Shown here: in pieces, positions 37,526 to 51,862 of the stretch
How the letters are laid out: each line of letters starts with the position of its first letter
How positions within the stretch are numbered: position 1 is the first letter of the stretch
Source of the DNA: Eledone cirrhosa
Taxonomy: Eukaryota
Length of the DNA: 64,000 bases
Reading direction: 5' to 3'
Assembly (NCBI GenBank): GCA_964016885.1
Contig: OZ024753.1
Span: forward strand, 44,516,001 to 44,580,000
Notes under the pieces: model-generated
What the model was told of the DNA's origin: nothing
Databases searched by the model: none
What the model saw: only the letters and a program-made list of their open reading frames with translations
Position numbers and translations under genes: made by a program

Positions 37526-38984
37526 TTAACTAAAGCTATACTCTAAAGGTTGAAAGGTAAATGTGAACTCAGAACACAGAGAGTCAGAATGTATACCAAT
37601 GCTGTAACAACTCAGCTAATTCACCTCATAAGGACACAAGAAGGAACAGTTGTGATTCTCCAGTCAGCTACATTACTTTATTCTCCATTGTTGATGTGTT
37701 TTTTTTTAAATATTATCTGTGTGTAAGATGTGGAATCTTCCAAAACAAAGAGGAATGAATGAAAATTCATTAAAATAATTTTGCTAGATTCTGGCTTAGC
37801 TTTGTGCTTCTAGAAACTATCTTTTCAAGTAATTATGGAATTTTTAGCTGATTTCTTATTTATTTCAAGTGGTTCTCTACTTACCCCCATAACAATATCT
37901 TGTGACTATAGCAACAACTGAATAGAAATTGTGAATAAGGTATTTGGATCTCAGGAAAACATAACAAAACCAAAAAAATGAAGAAATATGAGCAGAATCC
38001 ATAACACCTTGCTTATCAGATAAAAATTGTCTCATATTTCTGGATTCTGTATAATTTTAGATAGTTAATTGAAATTCATATATTGAAATTCTATATTATA
38101 TGAATTAATTCTATTTGTTAAGATTATATGGTAAATTCCAGAACACATCATTAAGATGCCAAAAGAGAGAAATATTATAACGATGATTAAAAATATTGTA
38201 AAATACAAACACAATTTAAAAGTAATTAAAATAAAACTTATCAAAATTTTAAATATAAAAACAGAAATAATTCTAAAGATATTAACCCACAACACATAAA
38301 TTTCTGTGGTTAAATTACCTAACATAGCATATATGAATAGTGGCCATAAAATCTTTACTTTTTGACATTTTCCATTTTTCAAAGGTAACAACAAATTTTC
38401 TCACCATGATTTTTTTTTTTTGTTTTTGTTTACATATTTTTTCTCAATATTTTTTATAAAGACAAGATAAATTTCTTGTTAACGAAAATTTCAGATTTTG
38501 AAAAATAATTAAATAAAAAATATTAGAACCTGAAATATTTCATTCAATCCTTTTTTTTTTTTTACCTCCTTACAAAAAGAATAATAGTAAATGATTGATG
38601 ATGATGATTGTAAAGATTATGAAGATAATAATGGTAATAGGAATAATGTTGGGAACGATGATAATGGTTATGATAGCAATGATGATGATGATGACGATTA
38701 GTTGAAGTCAGTCTAGCAAAAGAACACTTTATAAATGGAGGCAATTCATCAAGAGAACAGTTTGGAAATGACACCTAATTCCATGAACACCAAATATACC
38801 ATGCTTCTATTGGTTCATTAGCAATGGAACTCACTTCCAAAGTAAAGGAATATAACCTTGTCGTTAGCATATTCAGCTCACAATTTTAAGGTTATGAGAT
38901 CAATTTCCAGTAGTCCATTGTTCTCTTGATCTAATTCATTCTTTTCCATGAATTTCTGCGTCCCTGTAAAAGTATAAAAGTCTA

Positions 38985-39245
38985 TAGTCTGTCTCAAGCC
39001 CAGAATCTCATCAGGCTGGTACTTATCCCCGTGTTAAATGACTGAGAGTACAAGACTTCCTCTTGGACAGGACGCCAGTCCATTGCAGGGTTTAACCCCC
39101 AGTTACTGCTGCTGGTACTCATTTTTAGCTGAGTGTACAGGAGCAATGGGAAATGAAGTGTTTTGCTCAAGAACACAACACACAATCCAGTTCAGGAATT
39201 GAACCCATGATATTATGATCGTAAGTCCAACACACTTACCACTAA
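38985..39245 (-). mobile_element. tRNA/CORE-like SINE with a different 3' half
   Basis: A/B boxes and CORE-like block, then CCCTGCAATGGACTGGCGTCCTGTCCA. Second copy at 55080-55330. Confidence 0.75.
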
Positions 39246-39514
39246 GTTATAAGTACTGCTCCTCTTGGTTGTTTTACTAACTCGTGTTAAAAATAAATAT
39301 TGTTTAGTTTCACCTGTGATTATTAACAGGTATTTTCTTCTTAGATATATACATACTATCAGTGATGACATGTGGCTTGAGGGTTAGGGTGTTTAGTGCA
39401 CAGTCATGAGGGTGTGAATTCGATTTCCAGTGATACATTGTGTCTTTGAGCAAAACACATTGCCTCAGTTCACTCAGCTTGCAAAAATGTTACATAAGTA
39501 ATTGAAAGGTCAGC

Positions 39515-39755
39515 TTTTTCACACAGTGTGCCATAGAGTTCCAGGTGGTGTGCCACATACATCCACAGAATGTGTCACATACCTCCACACAGTGTGTCAT
39601 AGGGTTCCACACATTATGCCCCATAAATTCCACACAGTATGCCATAGAGTTCCAGATGGTGTGCCACATAATTTACAGAGCATTTCCACATACTTTACAG
39701 TGTGCCATATATGTCTATACAGTGTGCCATAGGGTTCTAGATGATGTGCCATGAA
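39515..39755. repeat. Degenerate tandem repeat, about 4 units
   Basis: Recurring CACAGTGTGCCATAG(A/G)GTTCCA motif. Confidence 0.65.
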
Positions 39756-42714
39756 ATCAGTGCACCATTTAATACACATGTCCTCCAGTTTTCTATCTAA
39801 CATATATTCATGTTTCAAAGATTTTGACTGTTTTGTCTTGAAAGTTCCACCAAACTGTAATCTTAATATAAAGTAGATTCGCTGCCTAAAAAAACCATCC
39901 TTTTATACGCATATTTAAAATAAAGTCAAACTAAAACCACAACAATATTAATAGGTTTCACCTGCAATTATTAAATGATATTTTATTCTAAGATGCATAC
40001 ATAGTATCAGATTCAATTGAATGAAGGTATATTTACTTCAAAACTATTATGTTGGTCAAAAGTTATTATTAATCTTTGTGTTTTGGTTGTTATGTCTTAA
40101 CTGCCGCGTATTATGTAAGTCAAAAAGCTATATCTACTGAAGATACACAGAATGCTTACAAAAAATGTGATACATTAACATAAAACAGAGAAATTACCTT
40201 GAAAAATAGGTTTGAAAAATATTGGAAAAATTGACAAAAATTGAAAAAGATTTAATGTCAATTTTAGTTGTTTTAACATCCTTATTGGCTTTGATATTTT
40301 TGTATATGGAATCGAGAATAATAGACTTTTCTATATGCAGAGAAATGTGAGCTTGGCTTTATACTAGTTTAAATAGTTATGGTGCCTTTAATGTCAGAAC
40401 ATTTTTCATTTTTCTTTTTTCTTTTGCTCTCTATTACTCTCATATAGATTTTATAATGTTAGCTGATATTCTCATATCATGAGAGTCACTTATGAATCCT
40501 TATATCCTGATCGTTCTATTAAATGTAATTCTAGTTAAATTCTTTCTCAATCTTTTTTAACAGTTGACCCTTGTTCTGCTAAATAATTTTATTCAAAAAG
40601 TGTCATTTCTAATTCATCAACTATATATATATTTTTTTTTCTTCTTCTGAGAGAAGAACTTTACCTAAATATGCTGTCCACTTGATGTCACATCACATCA
40701 AAATACTTTTGTATAGTTTGTATTGTACCAATGACATTGTCGACCAGAAAAATCAGAAAATAATTTATTTCTGTGTAACTGCATCTCCTTTGTGAAATCA
40801 TAATGGAAGTTTATTCCTTCGACTGATCACATTCATGCAGTTACATTTCTCTATCTGCCATGATAATAACATTACATTGTTAAAACCTAAAAGATAAACT
40901 AGATTATGCACTCACTTTTAAAAGTGCATTACATATAAATAGTACATTACTTGGATTAAAATGTTATATTTCATTTTTTCCTTTCTAACCAGTATATTTA
41001 AGTTTCCAAGCTTTAAAATAAATAAAGAATTAAATCACGTTAGAAATTAATCTCTGAAGCTAACTTAGTTTTTTCACCCTTGAACTCAAATTTATTGGTT
41101 CTCTCATGATTAGTTGCTCCAGGAGAGCTGCCACTGAATAAAAACTGATACAGGACTAGAGAGGTCTTTTAAGTCCTAATTGACAACAGCCTCTCTCATG
41201 CTAGTACTATAATAACATACACCTAATCCACTCTATACAGTGATTAATGATAGGAAGATTAGCCAGCCAGAAAAACTATGTCAACAAACATGACCAGTAC
41301 AACTTATAATATAAACACTAATTGTAAATATGTTCAACCCTTAAGGATGACAGTTTTATATCATCAAATGAAATATATAATAATTTCTTGTGATCAATAA
41401 ATAAATCATTAAGCCAAAACTATGGAAAGGGTTGTATTGAGCTATTATCTGTCACATGATTTGATGTAGGTGAATGTGTACTGTTTAGTAGTAAATACAG
41501 GCTTAGTATTATTCTTAATATGGTCAAAATAAGAAATGTCAAAATCTAGGTTTGTCAGCTCACCAAACTGTAAGTTGAAATTATTTTATTTAGGAGAATG
41601 GGGCACATAACAAGAGGAAAGAGGGATGACCATTGTAGGACTGCCCTAGATCACTAAACACTCAGGCACCAGACACCCAGACACCACCTTTGGTATCACC
41701 CCTTCTCTATTTGTATTTTCGTATTTTAGGCTGGTTTTATTGTAAAGGCAGAAGAAATCTTGATTCACCAAATTTCACAGTTGTTTAATATTTAGATATT
41801 TTGTATGCTCTTTACATGAAGAATTCATCTTTTGAAAAGACTGAAATAATTTGAAAAAGTGTTAATAAGGAAATGACATCAGTTCAATATTGATCTAGTG
41901 TTCCAGTAGTTAATTTAAGTAAGTGACTTATTAAAGATACTTGTAAAATTTCATTTCAATCACACAAGCTTATTGAAAATACATATAAATTCCATGGTCC
42001 AATGTTTCCTGTAAAAAGAATTAGTCTGGGTTAATAAGTTTTGAAAACCGTATCAAATCTCCTAAGTATCTACCATAAGCTGGTTTTGAAATTACACAAA
42101 ATTTCTGAAAGAAATGGATTTTTCTTTTTAATATGTCGGACTTTTTATTATTATAGAAACACAATTATAAAAAATTAATATTGTCTGTTGAAAATCAGTG
42201 AGACTGAAAACAAAAAAATGTCTAAAATTAAATATATAATTTCTAATTTGATAAAATAATTTATTGCTAAGTTTTGGACAGGATGTAATGTTTTGTCTCT
42301 TCTATTTGTTACAAGAGAAGCTAAATAAATTATAATATTATCTTTTCTAGCAGAAACATAAATTCACCTTGTAGAAATTGAATAAGATGGTCTTGTCAAT
42401 AATATTTTATTGAAGTAAACAATTATTTTATGAATTAGAAATTTTTATTTAATTTCCTACCAAAATTTCTTTTAATTATATAGTATATGTATATTGAGAG
42501 AGATTTTATTAAAATTTTATAATTAAAATAGACACCCATTATCAAGATATATATGTTGTTTTCACAAATCGTAAACATCCATAGGGTTGATACTAATTTT
42601 TAGTTTCTCTAGTTTAATGAATAAGAAATAGATATACCGGTACTGACAGAGTATTTGTCTAAAGGTAGGAATAGGAAAACAATCAACAAGATCCCAGACT
42701 TCATTTGCTTGCTG

Positions 42715-42928
42715 AGGGTAGTGGATTAGCAGAATCGGTGGAGCAGGAGTCAACATGGTCTGTGTCATAAAGTTAAGGTCCTTTACATCGAGTTCAAATC
42801 CTGTGGAGGTTAGCTTTGCCTTTCATCCTTAATGGTTTGGTAAAATAAAGTACCAGTAACAAACTGGAGTTGATTTAATCGACTTTTTCCTCCCCCAAAC
42901 TTTCTGGCCTTGTGCCTATATAAGAAAC

Positions 42929-42974
<46 letters not shown>

Positions 42975-43205
42975 ATTCTATGAAGGTGGTGGATTGGCAG
43001 AATCGGTAGATCAACAGACAACATGCTCTGTGTTGTAAGGTTAAGGTCCTTTACATTGATTTCAAATCCCGCTAAGGTTAGCTTTGCCTTTCATCCTTAC
43101 AGCGTTGATAAAATAAAGTACCAGTAATACATTGGGGTAGATTTAATCGACTTTCCCCTCCCTGAAAATTGCTGGCCTTGTGCCTAAATCTGAAACCATT
43201 ATTGT
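42715..43205 (+). mobile_element. Two tandem Meta-like SINEs (longer subfamily) separated by an (ATT)n tail
   Basis: Both have GGATTGGCAGAATCGG...TTTGCCTTTCATCCTTA...TAAAATAAAGTACCAG...GATTTAATCGAC...GGCCTTGTGCCTA. Confidence 0.82.
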
Positions 43206-43438
43206 TATAAACTGTATAAATAAATATAGTTGTTGTTGTCTGCCAGTTTCTGTTGCAGAAATACAGCTTATCATCGGTGCAGCTAATGTTGTGTCTACTC
43301 TGGCACTACTAAATCATTTACTAAGAGAAATATCAAAATCTGCAACTTTGTATTTTCCTGCATGCTATTGTTTAGGAGACAGTAGGAGTGTTTTAGGATT
43401 CTTTATAATGTATTTACCAGAATCAACAATGTAAGTTT

Positions 43439-45088
43439 TGCCACCACTATCACTACCACCACTACCACTATCACCACCAACAACACAACTACTACCAATA
43501 CTACCACCACTACCACTATCACCACCAACAACAGAACTACTACCAATACTACCATCACTACCACTATCACCACCAACAACAGAACTACTACCAATACTAC
43601 CACCACTACCACTATCACCACCAACAACACAACTACTACCAATACTACCACCACTACCACTATCACCACCAATACTACCATCACTACCACTATCACCACC
43701 AACAACACAACTACTACCAATACTACCACCACTACCACTATCACCACCAACAACACAACTACTACCAATACTACCACTATCACCACCAACAACACAACTA
43801 CTACCAATACTACCATCACTACCACCATCACCACCAACAACACAACTACTACCAATACTACCATCACTACCACTATCACCACCAATACTACCATCACTAC
43901 CACCATCACCACCAACAACACAACTACTACCAATACTACCATCACTACCACTATCACCACCAATACTACCACCACTACCACCATCACCACCAACAACACA
44001 ACTACTACCAATACTACCATCACTACCACTATCACCACCAATACTACCATCACTACCACCATCACCACCAACAACACAACTACTACCAATACTACCATCA
44101 CTACCACTATCACCACCAATACTACCACCACTACCACCATCACCACCAACAACACAACTACTACCAATACTACCATCACTACCACTATCACCACCAATAC
44201 TACCATCACTACCACTATCACCACCAACAACACAACTACTACCAATACTACCATCACTACCACCATCACCACCAACAACACAACTACTACCACCACTACC
44301 ACTATCACCACCAACAACACAACTACTACCAATACTACCACCACCACCACCAACAACACAACTACTACCACCACTACCACTATCACCACCAACAACACAA
44401 CTACTACCACCACTACCACTACCACCAACAACACAACTACTACCACCACTATCAGTATCACTACCAACAACACAACTACTACTACCAATACTACCACCAC
44501 CCACAACTACTATCACTATCACCACTACCACTATCACTACTAACACCACAACTACTACCAATACTACCACCACTACCACTACCAACAACACAACTACTAC
44601 CACCACCACTATCACTACCAACACCACAACTACTACCAATACTACCACCACTATCACCACCAACACCACAACTACTACTAATTCTATCACCAATAATACT
44701 AGCACCACCACTACCACAACCATCACCAACACCACCACCACCACTTCCACCAATACTAGCAAGACAAATAACACTAACATCATCACCACCACTACTACCA
44801 GCAACAACACTCAATACCACCACCATCACCACCAACAACAACACTATCACCATCACCACCACTACCAAAACCACAACCACCACCACTGTGTCACCCACAA
44901 CCACCACCACAGCATCACCCATAGCACTACAAACCACACTCACCACCATTACCACCACCACCAAAACCACAACCACCACCGCTGTGTCACCCACACCACC
45001 ACCGCTGTGTCACCCACACCACCACCACCGCTGTGTCACCCACACCACTGCAAACTGCACTCACCACCACCACTATCACCACACTACC

Positions 45089-45123
<35 letters not shown>
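43439..45123. repeat. 1.7-kb ACC/ACT/ACA triplet-derived array with higher-order units
   Basis: Recurring TCACCACCAACAACACAACTACTACCAATACTACCA block; almost no G on the + strand; open in several frames on both strands. Confidence 0.93.
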
Positions 45124-46204
45124 CCAAAGGAATAATTAGATTATTATATATAACAATAATTATGATCAATATAATTTATATCAATGGTTGATTTAGAAAT
45201 TAAATTGTTTTGAGGTTGAAAAATAATAATTCTTTGTTGCTTTCTCAGTAAAAGGAGAAACACACAAACCCATAAATACTCCCCCACACACATAGACACC
45301 TCTACACACTTCCACACACACACCTCCACACGCACACACACACTCACCTCCACACACACCTCCACTTCTGTAATTTCCAAGACATATGGTGAGGGGGGGG
45401 GGGGTGAAACAGATTGGCCAAACCTAACATAAAAATGGATGCTATTCTTATATTGGATCATGATAGGTTAAAATCTTATTGTAAAGATTATTTAGGATCA
45501 ATAGAAATGGGAAAAATATTCAATATTTCAGGTCTAACCATTTCTGCTGCACAGATAGAAAAAGGTATAAGGTTACTGGAATGATAGCAGATCTCGAAAT
45601 TTCTATTGAATTCTAAGAATAGAGGATAGATTTGCTGCCTGGGTCAGTATACCTGTTGGACTGGTTTTATTTATTGTATATAAATATCAGTTTTCGATGT
45701 TTCACCTTTCAAGATTTCATTGCTGCAAGGCTAACAATATATATCTTCCATAGACAATGGTATTGAATATTGAATTTTTACAACAGTTAAAACGTAGAAG
45801 GATTTTCATTAACTAAATGCAATAAATACGTATATCCATTTCTTAAAGTCATAAAGTTGAAATGAAATAATTTGATTTGCATAATATTTGAAATATAATG
45901 CAATCCTCCTCAACATCATCATCACTTTTACACCCATGTTTCCACAATTCCATGAGTTGGATGGGTTCGTTGCAGCACAAAATCTCTTCACTTGCCATGT
46001 TCCTTCATCTTCTCCTTTGTGAGTCTCAACGATTTGAGATCAGCTTTCACCAGCTCTGCCCAGTTCTTCCTTGGTCTATATAACATGATAATAATTATAG
46101 ATGAATCTCCCCAATCTCAGAGAGCCTGCAAGGGCTTTGGGCACACTTCCCTCCTCCATTACAAATCATTAGGCAAATAATAATTATATTACCATATTTC
46201 AAAG

Positions 46205-46490
46205 GAGATGCCCAGTTCACACTGTAAAGTGGTCCTGTAGGTGACATGACAAAAAGCACCCAACCTACACTATAAAGTTGTCGTGCAAGTGATATGACAA
46301 AAAGCACCCATTTCACACAGTAAATGTGGTTAGCATTAGGAAGGGCATCCAGCCATAGATACCAAGCCCAAATCAGTTCTGTATGAACAAGACACGGTCA
46401 TCTGATCTGGCTTGTCTTACAGGGACAACTTATCTAACCCATGCTAGCATGGAAAAAATGGATTTTAAATGGTGATAATGATGATGATTG
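46205..46490 (+). mobile_element. 5'-truncated (GAT)n-tailed SINE
   Basis: Internal repeats, AGGAAGGGCATCCAGCCATAG, AACCCATGCTAGCATGGAAAA and GAT tail. Confidence 0.8.
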
Positions 46491-47070
46491 TTTTGATTTA
46501 AAATCTAGGTTTATGGTAAAATATCTCTTAAGTTTTTATGCCTGAAAAGTATTGAAATGCAGGTTGTTTTAAATTTAAGAATCTATAAATATTTATCTAT
46601 TCTACAATTGGGTAGATGTCTTTTGTCTTGGTTGTGTTTATTCTTGTATCAGTTGGTTGGTTGTATCAACAGCCTCTCTAGATAATTGACTTCACTACGT
46701 ATTGATCCAGTTTGACAATGTTTGTTCTCTAGGTAGATGGCTACATCACTTCTTAGATAATTTGTATAAATAATCTCTTGTGGCTGACTGACTGAATACT
46801 AAGATATATTCTTTGATGTTCACTTTTCTTGTCACTTCCCTTCAGATATATATTATCTCTCTCCCTCTGTGTGGATGTTGTAAGACCAAAGAGTTCACTT
46901 TGCAATCATTAGGTTTGATTACCCTTCCTAATATCCTGGATCAAATGTCATTTACTATATCCTTGGATTAACTCATGCCTTATGAGTGAAATTGAGTAGA
47001 TGGAAACTGTTTTGAAGCTTATCAGATACACTTTACCTGAAAGACAGTGACCTGCTTGAGCAGAAAGCTC

Positions 47071-47477
47071 TGTGAGTTGGGGTGGCTGGACCTGACGGAT
47101 GGTGACCCACTCGAGGAGGGAACCTTGTGATGTGAGTTGGGGTGGCTGGACCTGACAGATGGTGACCCACTAGAGGAGGGAACCTTGTGAGTTGGGGTGG
47201 CTGGACCTGACAGATGGTGACCCACTTGAGGAGGGAACCTTGTGAGTTGGGTTGGCTGGACCTGACAGATGGTGACCCACTAGAGGAGGGAACCTTGTGA
47301 GTTGGGTTGGCTGGACCTGACAGATGGTGACCCACTAGAGGAGGGAACCTTGTGAGTTGGGTTGGCTGGACCTGACAGATGGTGACCCACTAGAGGAGGG
47401 AACCTTGTGAGTTGGGTTGGCTGAACCTGACAGATGGTGACCCACTTGAGGAGGGAACCTTGTGAGTTGGGTTGGCT
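47071..47477. repeat. 55-bp GC-rich minisatellite, 7 units plus a partial unit
   Basis: TGTGAGTTGGG(G/T)TGGCTGGACCTGACAGATGGTGACCCACTAGAGGAGGGAACCT. Confidence 0.95.
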
Positions 47478-48549
47478 ATTACTGTGGGTGTCTCTGGGCA
47501 TTTTTTACAGTAATATTTGCCATTTTCTTCAAAGGGCGCAACTAAGGCACCCCTCCCTCAGATCGAAGTGTAATGTCTGCCCCTCCCCTCTCGTTATCTT
47601 TCATTGCTTGATTTTTTTCTTTTTCTTCTTTTCATTTCCTTTTTCTGTTTTGTTCCCTTTAATAGTGTGTTTTGTTTTTGTATAAACAGCTTTGTAAAAT
47701 AAGATAACTTTCCTACATTAGAAAAGAAACTGTACCTATATTTTAAAAGAGCCTGCCATGTCACCCCCAATGCATAATTTTCAAATCATTTTTAAAATAA
47801 TAAAGAATTTGAAAGAGATTTAGTAATGTAAATAACTTTTATTTCACTGCTGTAGCTAAGTATAGAGAATTTATTTGTTTTAAATATATACATAAATAAC
47901 ATTACAAATTGCTCACAATTCTTTTTTTGGAACATAACTTAACAAAGGTTCTTATATAGAATTATAATGGAAGGTTTTTAGATAAATATAAACACTTTAA
48001 AACAAACAGTTTTGTATTGTTGTAGAACCGGGGGCAGTTTTAAGAGTTTCTGTATCAAAAGGATTATACAACATAGTATATAAATGAAAGATAACAAGAA
48101 ATTTCTTTTTTCATAATAATACATTATTATTAATTAGTAAAAAGTGAGATAGAAATCAATAATTACATTTCATCTGGAGAAATCAATATTTAAGTATTAT
48201 TTATAAGCAACATGTTAAGTGTGAGAAATAATGTGATAAGTAATTATTGTTCTCTTATTAAGAATACTGAATGTGATAAAATTGATAGCATTCACCTACA
48301 TTCTCTAAATGATTGTTTTTTTCTTTTGCATTCTACTGAAAGGTAAATATTTTAGATGAAACATAAATGAGGTGTAGCTTTCAGTAAATGTTCATAGAAT
48401 ACTCACAAAACTGAAGGGAATCAAGGGAGTTTGTGGCATAGTGGCAGCACTTGTTTTCATATTAACCCCTTAGATATCAAACCAAATGAAACCAGTCCTG
48501 GTTTTACAATGTAAAACTGTTTCAGTTTTCTAATGTACTTCTTCTTTAA

Positions 48550-48765
48550 CCCTTTAGCATTTACATTACTTTATATATACTATTGTATTTTTGTGATAAA
48601 GGCTTTATATTACTAATTATCTCATATAATATTGAATCTACAAAATTTTGATTTTATTTATTTTGAGGACAATACCTTGAGCAGCTGGTTATGGCCAGTT
48701 TGAAGTTTGAACAGAAAGAGGTGAAAGAATTCTGGCCAGATATGAACAGTTTAAATGCTAAAAGG
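48550..48765. mobile_element. piggyBac-type MITE
   Basis: TTAA-CCCTTTAGCATTTA ... TAAATGCTAAAAGG-TTAA. Confidence 0.82.
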
Positions 48766-48876
48766 TTAAAGGGCCACGCTTTCACCTACTGAGGCCTTAT
48801 GCTAGATGAAATTTGAAGCCCTTGTATAAAACAATATAATTATCATATTTTATATTAGTGTTAATGATAAAGAATA

Positions 48877-49030
48877 AATAATTGTTTCTACTTTTGGCAC
48901 AAAGCCAGCTATTACCCAGCTCATTACTGGTACTCTCAGCAGAATTTGAATTCAGAATGGCAAGGGCCGTAACTCTATGCGTCAAAGCATGGTGTCCGAC
49001 CCTCTACCGATACTGCCAATCCACTGCCCA
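48877..49030 (-). mobile_element. Meta-like SINE with internal deletion
   Basis: Both ends of the family are present; the central domain is missing. Confidence 0.7.
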
Positions 49031-49369
49031 TAAAGAATAAATGTTTGATGTACTCTGCAGACAGAAAGATTAAAGGAGAAAGGGACAGACTCTATACCCC
49101 AGTCTGGCTGTGCCCTGCGGACAAAATGGTGAAGATATTGCCATGAAGAATGGCTAGCAGCATCCACTGCAACAGCCTCTCCACCTCACCTCAATGGTAA
49201 TTTATTTTATCGACCTGGAAGGATAATAAGATAAATTTGACGTCAGTGAAATTTGAACTTAGAACCTTCAGAACTGAAACTGATGCCCTGCAGCAGTTCT
49301 GTCAAATACTCTATCAACTTTACCACTTAATCATTCTCGTCACAAGTTTAACATTATTATTAGTTGATT

Positions 49370-49536
49370 GGAGGGTCGGACGCCATGCTTTCCAGCATAG
49401 TTACGTCCCTTTACGATCTGAGTTCAAATCCCGCCGATGTTGACTTTGCCTTTCATCCTTACGGGGTCGATAAAATAAAGTACCAGTAATGCACTGGGTA
49501 AGTGCTGGCCTTGTGCCTAAAGTAGAAACAATTATT
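49370..49536 (+). mobile_element. Young 5'-truncated Meta-like SINE with 14-bp target site duplication
   Basis: ATTATTAGTTGATT at 49356-49369 and 49531-49544. Confidence 0.9.
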
Positions 49537-51780
49537 AGTTGATTACCTTCTGAATCTCAATTCCTATCATCTAACATTTCTATCTCCCTTTAGGCTTCAT
49601 ATTTCATCCTTTGTTAAAAGTCATTAAATTCTACTTGTACAGCTTGATGCTTAATTAAGAATTTGTTATTAACAAATAAATTAATTAATGATAACAGTTA
49701 AATGACATGCATTAAATGCTATTAACAACCAACATATTGTTAATATTAACAGTTGATTACAGTTAACAGTTTTTTTAGTAAATTAAAATAATAATAATAA
49801 TAATAATGATAATAATAATAATAATAGTAATAATTAATAAAAAGAAAGAAAATATAGTTCATTAGTAAATTTAAAAAAAAAAAATTAAATACAGAAAAAA
49901 ATATCAGCAATCTTTGATTACAGCTTTTTTTTTTAGTAAATTAAAAATAATAATAATTTTAAAAAAGAAAGAAAAATAGTTTATTAGTAAATTTTTTTTT
50001 AAATAATAAAAAAAATTTTTTTTAGTAATTAAAAAAATAGTAATTGAAAACAGAAAGGAGCATTACAGTTTTTTTTAGTAAACTAATAATAATAATAATA
50101 TTAAAAAATAGAAAGAAAATAATAAACAATCTGAGAAACAAAAGAGACTTAGATTAACATTTACTTAAAAGTCAAAATGTTTATTAAAGATTTATTATGA
50201 AAACTTATTTAGTAATTCAAATAATAGAAAGAACTGCTATAATTATACACATCATCATACTAATATACATGTACTATTGTTTCTGTCTTGGCTACTATCC
50301 ATCTTTATTGCCAAGCAAATTGTCCAAATTTATATTTTGGCACAATATTGCCAAATTCCGAGATTTCAAGTAAATTTTATCTGAAATAAGTGGGGATTAA
50401 TTGGTATATATTGTCAGTTTGCCTGAGGAACAAACAATTCAAACTAAAAAGTAATTAAAATTTCTGTTTCACGGAGCTTTTTTAGAAAATCATTTTTTTC
50501 TCTATATTTTTTTTGGTTAAATTTATTGTTATCCTTTTATTTTCTTCTCCCATTAATGTGTTTTTAAAACATTTGCTATAATATACAGATTTTTGTTTTC
50601 CAAATATAAATATAAACTTACGTAGGAAATATATCTAATTTGTCTGTCCATCAATCCATCTGTCTCTATGTCTCCCCTTTCTCTTTCTTTCATCTGTTTG
50701 TCTCTCTCTCTCCCTCTCCATCTCTCTCTTTCAGTATATATATAGATATATGTGTGTCTCTCGCTCTTCTATATATATATATGTGAGTGAGTTTGTGTGT
50801 TTCTCTCTCTTTCTGTATATATATATATATGTGTCTCTTTCACTCTCTCATTACAGAACCATGCACGTTTATCAAAAGATATAAAGTTAATTACTATATA
50901 CAGTAATTAACAGTTTATTTATAAAGTTTGCATTTGCTGCAGGCATTTTATAATGTCTTCGAACAGGATACTTAAATTTGAGAGACTAATTACATATAGG
51001 TGTTGTATAGATACAGCATATCCTTGCCTGTTGATCAGATGACTAAAAGATTTGCCTTTAAGAAGGAAATTTGACTGTAAAATATTACCTAAAAAAACTC
51101 ATGTTGAGTGTGAACTCTGTGATGGGGTCAACAAAGCTAACCCTTAAAGGGTTGATTGTTTTGCTGTTATTGTCATTATATACACATTTAACCCTTACTA
51201 GTGAAGGCATGTGGCTGAGTGGTTAGAGAATTGGATTCACAATCGTGAAGTTGGGAGTTTGATTCCCGGACCAGACGATGCGTTATGTCCTTGAGCAAGA
51301 CACTTTATTTCCCGCGGCTCCTTCTACCTGGAGTTGCGACCAATAAATAGTATTAGCAATTAGAAAGGCCAATGGAAATATTGTTTCCTTGGCCCGATTT
51401 GACAAAAGTCAATCGTTCCTTAACCCTTACTGTACCATATTTCTAAAGAAAAATACTTCCTATGATTTTCAATTCATTTTTCTAATAATTATAATCAAAT
51501 ATTTTGGAGGAATTTAGCAATATATGATAACTTTCTCATAATTAAGCTGGTGTTTAACACAGATATTTACTTAACACAAATACTTACTTGAAATTATAAT
51601 GGAGGGTTTTAAATATAAACATTTTAACCCTTCCATGACAATATTTCGAATGAAAGACACTGTTTATGATTTTCAATTAATTATAGAAATAGTAATTTGA
51701 AAGGATTTAGTAATATAACTTTCTCAATATTAAGCTTTCTCTATTAATTATAAAAATAGTAATTTGGAGGGGTTTAGTAA

Positions 51781-51862
51781 TATTGGGTTATAACATACAT
51801 TCCCGCCGTTGTTATAAAACTTCTTAATAAAAAAACGGCAGGAATTTATGTTACAACCCAAT
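51781..51862. mobile_element. Small palindromic MITE-like insertion
   Basis: TATTGGGTTATAACATACATTCCCGCCGTT / AACGGCAGGAATTTATGTTACAACCCAATA. Confidence 0.7.

Noticed and set aside
39005-39020. CTGATGAG in a SINE 3' end
   Set aside because: No GAAA or helix III follows.
43365-45135. 565-, 481- and 367-aa ORFs resembling mucin, extensin or Gly-rich proteins
   Set aside because: Open on both strands in several frames because of triplet low complexity; no complex domain or convincing splice context. A repetitive exon cannot be fully excluded without RNA data.
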